Below, piece after piece: positions 58,075 through 64,000 of a stretch of 64,000 nt of DNA. The translations under genes were made by a program, and so were the position numbers. The notes under the pieces were generated by a model that worked only from the letters and a program-made list of their open reading frames with translations, searched no databases and was not told the DNA's origin. The stretch comes from an uncultured Chlamydiae bacterium (lineage in GTDB: Bacteria; Chlamydiota; Chlamydiia; Chlamydiales; SM23-39): positions 1 through 64,000 of the forward strand of contig CAVSSM010000007.1 in NCBI GenBank assembly GCA_963730605.1, read 5' to 3'. How positions within the stretch are numbered: the stretch's first letter is position 1; each line of letters starts with the position of its first letter.

Positions 58075-58193
58075 TATTTTTTATTCGTTGTTCTACAGCA
58101 ACGAGTAAATTGCCGAATTTTTATTTTTAAATTTTTTATCGACTTGCTGTTTTTACAGTTGGTTGTTTTTAACAATTTTTATTTTGGATTGGT

Positions 58194-59645
58194 ATGAAAA
58201 AAGCAATTATTTCTGTTTCTGACAAGTCTGGATTATTGGATTTTGTCAGAATATTAGCTCTGCAATTTGAGATTTTATCAACTGCTGGAACTTTTCAGTT
58301 TTTGAAAAGTGAGGGAATTCCTGCTCAAAAAATAGAGGATTACACGGGGATTCCAGAGCTGCTTGGTGGTAAGGTGAAGACGCTTCATCCGAAAATTTTT
58401 GCGGGTATTTTAAGCACTGAAGATTCGGTTCAAATTCCAGCGATTCGCCTCGTCGTTGCTAATCTCTACTCGATGGAGTTGGGGGAGATTGACATTGGCG
58501 GCTCGGCGCTTTTGCGTGCCGCTGCCAAAAATTATGAAAATGTCCTGGTTGTGTGCGATCCCGGTGATTACAAAGAAGTGGCCCAAAGATTAGCCACAAA
58601 CAGGATTGATCTTGAGTTTAGAAAGGCCATGGCAGCCAAAGCCTTTCGATTGACCGCCGCTTACGATGCAAGGGTAGCCTCTTCTATGGGTGAGGATGCT
58701 TTCCCCGATCTGTTCACTCTCTCTTTTTCAAAAGCAAGAGAGCTGGCTTATGGAGAAAATCCCTCCACGCAAGCAGCTCTTTACCTGGACGGCAATGGTA
58801 GCCAAGAAACAGCAGCCGGGGCATTGCAATTGCAGGGGAAACCGTTGTCTTACAACAATATTCTCGATGCGAATTCTGCTCTTGAGCTCGTAAGAAAGTT
58901 CAACGGGCCAGCATGCGCCATTATCAAACACAATAATCCTTGCGGAGTCGCCATAAAAGAGACCCCTGCCAAGGCATTTATCGAAGCGTTCGAGGCAGAC
59001 CCTCTTTGCGCTTTTGGAGGGATTGTTGCTTTCAATTGCCGCGTGGATTTTGAGACAGCTGAAGCCATGAGAAAAAGATTTTTCGATCTGGTTATTGCAC
59101 CCGACTATGACGAGAAGGCGATTGAATGTCTCAAGGGAAAAATCAATTTAAGAGTGTTAAAAACTGGCGCTTTTTCATCCTCCTTCAAACCGACAGCCTT
59201 TAAAGAAATTGCTGGAGGGTTATTGGTTCAAACAAACGAACCATTTCCAATTCAAGAGAGAGAGTGGCAAGTAGTCACTGATAAAAAGCCTACAGACGAG
59301 CAAATCCAAGACCTTCTCTTCGCCGCTAAGGTCAATCAAGAGGTGAAAAGCAATAGCAGCGTCGTCGCTAAAGATGGAGTAACGGTCGGCATCGGAGCAG
59401 GACAAATGAGTCGGATTGATAGCGTTTTTCTGGCGCTTCGCAAAGCAAAAGAGAGAGCGAAGGGATCGGTTCTGTCGAGCGATGGGTTTTTCCCTTTTGC
59501 AGATTCGATTGATTCAGCGGCTAAGGCTGGCATCACTGCCATCATACAGCCAGGAGGATCTAAGAAGGATCAAGAGGTGATTGACGCTTGCAACGCTCAT
59601 GGGATTGCTATGATTTTTACGGGGAAAAGGCTTTTTAAACACTAA
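58194..59645 (+). CDS. purH: AICAR transformylase/IMP cyclohydrolase
   Basis: ISVSDK, VKTLHP, IDIGG, YGENP, KHNNPCG, GAGQMSR, SDGFFPF and IQPGGS motifs. Confidence 0.96.
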   Translation: MKKAIISVSDKSGLLDFVRILALQFEILSTAGTFQFLKSEGIPAQKIEDYTGIPELLGGKVKTLHPKIFAGILSTEDSVQIPAIRLVVANLYSMELGEIDIGGSALLRAAAKNYENVLVVCDPGDYKEVAQRLATNRIDLEFRKAMAAKAFRLTAAYDARVASSMGEDAFPDLFTLSFSKARELAYGENPSTQAALYLDGNGSQETAAGALQLQGKPLSYNNILDANSALELVRKFNGPACAIIKHNNPCGVAIKETPAKAFIEAFEADPLCAFGGIVAFNCRVDFETAEAMRKRFFDLVIAPDYDEKAIECLKGKINLRVLKTGAFSSSFKPTAFKEIAGGLLVQTNEPFPIQEREWQVVTDKKPTDEQIQDLLFAAKVNQEVKSNSSVVAKDGVTVGIGAGQMSRIDSVFLALRKAKERAKGSVLSSDGFFPFADSIDSAAKAGITAIIQPGGSKKDQEVIDACNAHGIAMIFTGKRLFKH

Positions 59646-59658
59646 GGAGAAGGAAGTT

Positions 59659-59982
59659 ATGTTGCAGTTAGATTTTGACAAAGGAAGGGGTTTACTCCCT
59701 GTGATTATTCAAGAAGAGGGCACAAACGAGGTGCTGATGCTTGGATTCATGAACCGAGAGGCTTGGAAGAAGACGCAAGAAGAGGGAAAGGTTTGGTTTT
59801 ATAGCCGTTCCAAGAAGCGTCTTTGGATGAAGGGTGAAACATCAGGAAATACCCTGCAAGTGCGGGGAATTGCGATGGATTGCGACCGAGATACATTGCT
59901 CATTTGGGTCGATGTCGAGGGAATGGTGTGTCACCTGGGAACGAAGAGCTGTTTTTCAAGCCTTCAAGGAGAGAAAAAATGA
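59659..59982 (+). CDS. hisI: Phosphoribosyl-AMP cyclohydrolase
   Basis: YSRS...LW.KGETSG, DCD.D and CH.G..SCF motifs. Confidence 0.95.
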   Translation: MLQLDFDKGRGLLPVIIQEEGTNEVLMLGFMNREAWKKTQEEGKVWFYSRSKKRLWMKGETSGNTLQVRGIAMDCDRDTLLIWVDVEGMVCHLGTKSCFSSLQGEKK

Positions 59983-60830
59983 TTAAACTGGGACTGCCCA
60001 ATAAGGGGCGATTGAGCGATAAGAGCCTGGAACTTTTGACGCAAGCAGGATTCCAGATTCAAACCAAGGAGCGAAAGCTCTCGGCTTTTTGCGAAAATTT
60101 CACGATGGAGGTGATTTTTGCACGAGCAGGGGACATTCCTGGCTTTATTCAGGAAGGGATCATCGATCTTGGGATTACGGGACAGGATTTGGTCGAAGAA
60201 AAAGGTGTTGAGATCGAGCAAATCTTAGAATTGGACTTTGGGAAGGCAGAGCTTGTCTTGGCTGTTTCAAAGGACTTTTGCAAAGAGGACCTCTTTACAA
60301 AGCGATTGAAGATCGCCACCTCATATCCAAAAACTACCAGAGCATTTTGTGACAGAGAAGGCATTCAAGCGGACATCATTGATATGTCAGGCGCAGTAGA
60401 ACTGGCTCCCAAATTGGGACTTGCGGATGCGATCGTCGATCTGACTTCTTCAGGAGAGACTTTGAAGATGAACGACCTCGTTTCGGTGATGACTCTTTTT
60501 GAGACGAAGGCGTGCCTATTTGCCAACAAGGAAAAAGCTCGGACTGAAAGGAAGAAATTCGACCAGATCATCATGGCCCTTCAATCGGTTTTGATGGCGA
60601 AGAACCAAAAGTTTTTGATCGCCAATCTCCCGAAGAAGAGCTTAATGGATTTGTCTGCTGTCGTGCCTGGTTTGAGTGGGCCGACGGTAATGTCGATTTT
60701 AGGTCGCGATGATCTTTGTGCGATCCAGGTCGTGGTGGACGATCGGGAAATGACCGGAGTCATCAATCACCTAAAGATGCTGGGAGCCAGCGGAATTTTA
60801 GTGACAAACATTGAACAGATGGTGCCCTAA
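59979..60830 (+). CDS. hisG: ATP phosphoribosyltransferase (long form)
   Basis: LPNKGRL, DLGITG.D, IATSYP, GAVE.AP, IVD..SSG.TL motifs and PG..GPT regulatory domain. Confidence 0.95.
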   Translation: MIKLGLPNKGRLSDKSLELLTQAGFQIQTKERKLSAFCENFTMEVIFARAGDIPGFIQEGIIDLGITGQDLVEEKGVEIEQILELDFGKAELVLAVSKDFCKEDLFTKRLKIATSYPKTTRAFCDREGIQADIIDMSGAVELAPKLGLADAIVDLTSSGETLKMNDLVSVMTLFETKACLFANKEKARTERKKFDQIIMALQSVLMAKNQKFLIANLPKKSLMDLSAVVPGLSGPTVMSILGRDDLCAIQVVVDDREMTGVINHLKMLGASGILVTNIEQMVP

Positions 60831-61124
60831 ATGAGCCAGATTTTTAAGGATTTAGAACAAATCATTGCAGAAAGGCAGAAGCAAAATGAGTCTCAGTTCT
60901 ACACGTGTCGTCTTTTGACTGAAGGGACGCTTGTGGAACGGAAAGTAAGTGAAGAGGCGTACGAGCTCATTGAGGCTGCATTCAAAGGAGACCGAGCAGC
61001 CATTCTCTATGAGAGTTGCGATCTTGTGTTCCATGTTCTGGTTCTCTTGCGCAAATACAATATTTCCCTTGAGGAGATTGAGAAAGAGCTGCTGAGCCGG
61101 AGGAAGAACGATGAAGACAATTGA
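60831..61124 (+). CDS. hisE: Phosphoribosyl-ATP pyrophosphatase
   Basis: YT..L, KV.EEA.E and E..DL.FH motifs. Confidence 0.92.
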   Translation: MSQIFKDLEQIIAERQKQNESQFYTCRLLTEGTLVERKVSEEAYELIEAAFKGDRAAILYESCDLVFHVLVLLRKYNISLEEIEKELLSRRKNDEDN

Positions 61125-62373
61125 ACACCCTACTCGAGAAGCTCTCACACTCCTGAAGGAGCGAAAGATCGATTTTAGCTTGATCGTCGACAAGATGCGA
61201 CCTGTGGTTCGAGACGTCAGAGAGCAGGGAGATTCTGCCATCAGGCGATTTACCAGGCAGTTTGATCAGCGAGAACTGCTAAATCTTGCTGTGACAGAGG
61301 AAAGAAGAAAGGCTGCTCGAGATCAAGTATCGCTTCGCTTGAAAGAGGCTCTTAGATTCGCGCGTGAAAACATCTTGAAATTTCATGCTGAACAAAAGCC
61401 GAAGGAATGGTGGATTGAGGTTCTTCCAGGCATTGAGGCGGGACAGCTCGTTCGTCCCCTCGAAAAAGTGGGATGCTACATTCCTGGTGGAAGATATCCG
61501 CTTGTCTCTACGGTTTTAATGACGGTTCTGCCTGCTCGCATTGCAGGAGTGAAAGAGGTCATCGTTTGCACCCCGAAAGCGTCGCCAGAAATCTTATTCG
61601 CCTGCGAGCTCTGTGGCGTCGACCAGGTTTTTGAAGTCGGCGGCGCGATGGCCATTGCAGCAATGGCCTATGGAACGGAAACGATCCCCAAAGTGGATAA
61701 AATCGTAGGCCCAGGAAATCTTTATGTCTCGGCTGCCAAGAAAATCGTCTACGGCGATGTAGGGATCGATTTCATTGCAGGTCCGAGCGAAGTCGTCATC
61801 ATCGCCGATGAAAATGCCAATCCGTCCTATATCGCGGCAGATTTGCTCGCACAGGCAGAGCACGATGTGACATCCATGGCCATATGCATCACTCCTTCAA
61901 GAAAGCTGGGAGCTGAAGTCATTCAGGCAGTGGAGAACATGCTCGAGAAACTGCCCACGAAAGAAGTTGCGCGAGCGTCAATGGAGGCCCGTGGAGCGGT
62001 GATTCTCGTGGAATCCCTGGAAGAGGCATTTGCCACAGCCAACTTTTTTGCGCCGGAACACTTGGAAATCCAGGTTGACGATTCCACTGCATGGCTCCCT
62101 TTTGTAGAGAATGCCGGCTCGGTATTTTTAGGGGAAAATGCGCCGGAGGCAGCTGGCGATTATGCCAGCGGACCCAATCACGTATTGCCGACCGGAGGAT
62201 TTGCAGCTGCGCAATCGGGATTGAGCGTAAGGGACTTCATCAAAACCCCGACCGTGCAGCGCCTTTCCAAAGAGGGCTTAAGAGAGATCGCTCCAACAAT
62301 CATTGCCCTGGCAGAAGCTGAAGGGCTGGCAGGACACGCTGAATCAGTCAAAGTGAGGATAGAAAGATGTTAA
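61111..62373 (+). CDS. hisD: Histidinol dehydrogenase
   Basis: YIPGG, GPGN, AGPSE, QAEH, PEHL, GDYASGPNHVLPT and EGL.GH motifs. Confidence 0.96.
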   Translation: MKTIEHPTREALTLLKERKIDFSLIVDKMRPVVRDVREQGDSAIRRFTRQFDQRELLNLAVTEERRKAARDQVSLRLKEALRFARENILKFHAEQKPKEWWIEVLPGIEAGQLVRPLEKVGCYIPGGRYPLVSTVLMTVLPARIAGVKEVIVCTPKASPEILFACELCGVDQVFEVGGAMAIAAMAYGTETIPKVDKIVGPGNLYVSAAKKIVYGDVGIDFIAGPSEVVIIADENANPSYIAADLLAQAEHDVTSMAICITPSRKLGAEVIQAVENMLEKLPTKEVARASMEARGAVILVESLEEAFATANFFAPEHLEIQVDDSTAWLPFVENAGSVFLGENAPEAAGDYASGPNHVLPTGGFAAAQSGLSVRDFIKTPTVQRLSKEGLREIAPTIIALAEAEGLAGHAESVKVRIERC

Positions 62374-64000
62374 CTCCAAAGGAAACCATTCAAAAAATGG
62401 CCCCCTATTCAGATCTCGGCGAGGGAAGAATGGGAGCAATACGTCTCGACTTCAACGAGAACCTTCTCGGCGCAAGCCAGAAGGTGATGGAAGCAATCGG
62501 AAAAATCTCGAGAGAGGAATGCGGCTGTTATCCTGAATATGCAGACTTGAATAAAGCTCTGTCGCAATTCTTAAGCGTCAGAGAGGAATGTGTCATTGCG
62601 AGCAATGGGAGCGACGAAGCGATCAAGACGATTTTTGATGCGTATGTGGATAAAGGGGACGAGGTGATTTTGCTAACCCCCAGTTATTCGATGTATGAGC
62701 TCTATGCCCAAGTGGCAGGGGCTAAAATTATCTGGGTTCCCTATGGGAGCGACGGCTTCTCTTTTCCCATAGAGGAAATTTTGGAGGCAATTCGCCCGAA
62801 TACTCGGTTGATTGCATTGGCAAACCCCAATAACCCGACTGGTACTCTGATTGACCGGGAAGATCTCATAAAAATCATCGAAGCGAATCCAAAAATGGCG
62901 GTTCTCATCGATGAAGCTTACGGCCTTTACGCTCGGACGACCAACATCGATTTGGTAGAGCAGTATGGCAATGTTCTGGTCACGCAAACATTCTCTAAAG
63001 CGCACGGGTTAGCCGGATTGCGAATCGGGTATTTGATCTCTCGGAAAGAAAATATCGAAGTGATTTCCAAGATCCTTAGGCCCTCGTATAGCGTGGATTG
63101 CTTGAGCGCAGCTGCAGCGATCGCAGCGATTGAAGACAAGGCCTACGTGAGCACTTACGTCGATGAAGTTGTCGCTACTCGTGAGCAATTCGTTAAGGAC
63201 ATAGAAAATCTGGGATTCCAGGTGATCCCCAGCAAAGCCAATTTTGTTTTGATTCGCTTTGGCCAGTGGGCAGATAAAATCAAATCTGTTCTCGCCGAGC
63301 AGAAAATCCTCGTTAGGGAAAGGTCAGACCTCAAAGGTTTTTTGCGGTTTACCATTGGAACTTCGGCGCAAATGCAAAAGGTTTTGGCCATTTTAGAACC
63401 TCTTTGCTCTAACCCTGTGCTGATTTTCGATATGGATGGCGTACTCGTCGATGAAGGTGGATCGTATCGGCCATGCATTGTGAGAACCGCAGAATCGATC
63501 TTGGCCAGAGCAATCGATCCAGAGCTTATCCAAACCCTGAAGGCAAAGGGGGGCTACAACAACGATTACGACTGCGTAGAGGCCGTTCTCGCTGCCTATG
63601 GCGTTCAATCCAAGCGAGAAGAGGTGACCCTGCGGTTCGACGCTTATTATGAGAATTTCAAGCTAAGAGAAACATGGCTCCTTGACGAGCAGCTCCTCCT
63701 CAAGCTCAAGCAAAAATTTCGATTAGCCATTTTTACTGGCAGGCCAAAGAAAGATGCTCTTGAAGCTTTGAAGCGTTTTGGCAAGGAGGGCCTGTTTGAG
63801 GTGGTAATTACGGACGATGATGTGAAACAAAGAAAACCCAGCCCTGAAGGATTGATCCTCGCTTTAAAGCGCCTTGGAGCCAGCAAGGCGATCTATTTTG
63901 GCGACAGCAAAGATGATGCAGAGGCCGCTCGCTTCGCCTCTATCAAGTTCATTGGGGTTGTTCCGCCAGGCGGCAACTCGGAAACCCTCCGACAGGCAGG
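62367..64000 (+). CDS. hisC: Histidinol-phosphate aminotransferase fused to a C-terminal HAD phosphatase (truncated by the window end)
   Basis: LDFNEN, NGSDE, NPNNPTG, DEAY and TFSKAHGLAGLRIG, then in the same open frame FDMDGVL, GGYNND, TGR, KPSP and GD..DD. Confidence 0.9.
   Translation, partial: MLTPKETIQKMAPYSDLGEGRMGAIRLDFNENLLGASQKVMEAIGKISREECGCYPEYADLNKALSQFLSVREECVIASNGSDEAIKTIFDAYVDKGDEVILLTPSYSMYELYAQVAGAKIIWVPYGSDGFSFPIEEILEAIRPNTRLIALANPNNPTGTLIDREDLIKIIEANPKMAVLIDEAYGLYARTTNIDLVEQYGNVLVTQTFSKAHGLAGLRIGYLISRKENIEVISKILRPSYSVDCLSAAAAIAAIEDKAYVSTYVDEVVATREQFVKDIENLGFQVIPSKANFVLIRFGQWADKIKSVLAEQKILVRERSDLKGFLRFTIGTSAQMQKVLAILEPLCSNPVLIFDMDGVLVDEGGSYRPCIVRTAESILARAIDPELIQTLKAKGGYNNDYDCVEAVLAAYGVQSKREEVTLRFDAYYENFKLRETWLLDEQLLLKLKQKFRLAIFTGRPKKDALEALKRFGKEGLFEVVITDDDVKQRKPSPEGLILALKRLGASKAIYFGDSKDDAEAARFASIKFIGVVPPGGNSETLRQA

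Noticed and set aside
57730..58193. ZMP/ZTP riboswitch upstream of purH
   Set aside because: The conserved elements I recall (such as the 3' CGCCTGGGC hairpin) are not visible; the His leader explains the region

Overview
Chromosomal segment of what is most likely an environmental Chlamydiota bacterium. This is inferred from the long chlamydial-type LepB, the pnp-rpsO-tadA block and the rpmE-prfA-prmC-ffh-rpsP-trmD-rplS-rnhB-gmk-rpoZ-metG-recD2 order without rimM. (1) Bases 1-31.9 kb are core genes peppered with at least five families of miniature inverted-repeat elements and a REP-like hairpin. One 315-bp IS630-type MITE sits in-frame inside recD2 and adds 105 aa; an intact IS630 with the same left end lies at 34.3-35.4 kb. 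(2) A 24-kb element is integrated at tRNA-Asn with a 50-bp att duplication. It carries an integrase, an SF3 helicase with an iteron origin, an SF2 helicase, TerS and TerL, a 1570-aa HExxH/LPD38-like protein, a TA module, a resolvase and host-interaction cargo. No capsid, portal or tail gene is recognisable, so it is a candidate new type of phage satellite. (3) A remnant of a second island is followed by a histidine operon headed by purH, preceded by an unannotated His-rich leader peptide, and ending in a HisC-HAD fusion cut by the window edge. aspS, pnp, rpmE and prfA carry frameshifts that are probably sequencing indels. All family assignments come from motif recognition by eye; no searches were run.
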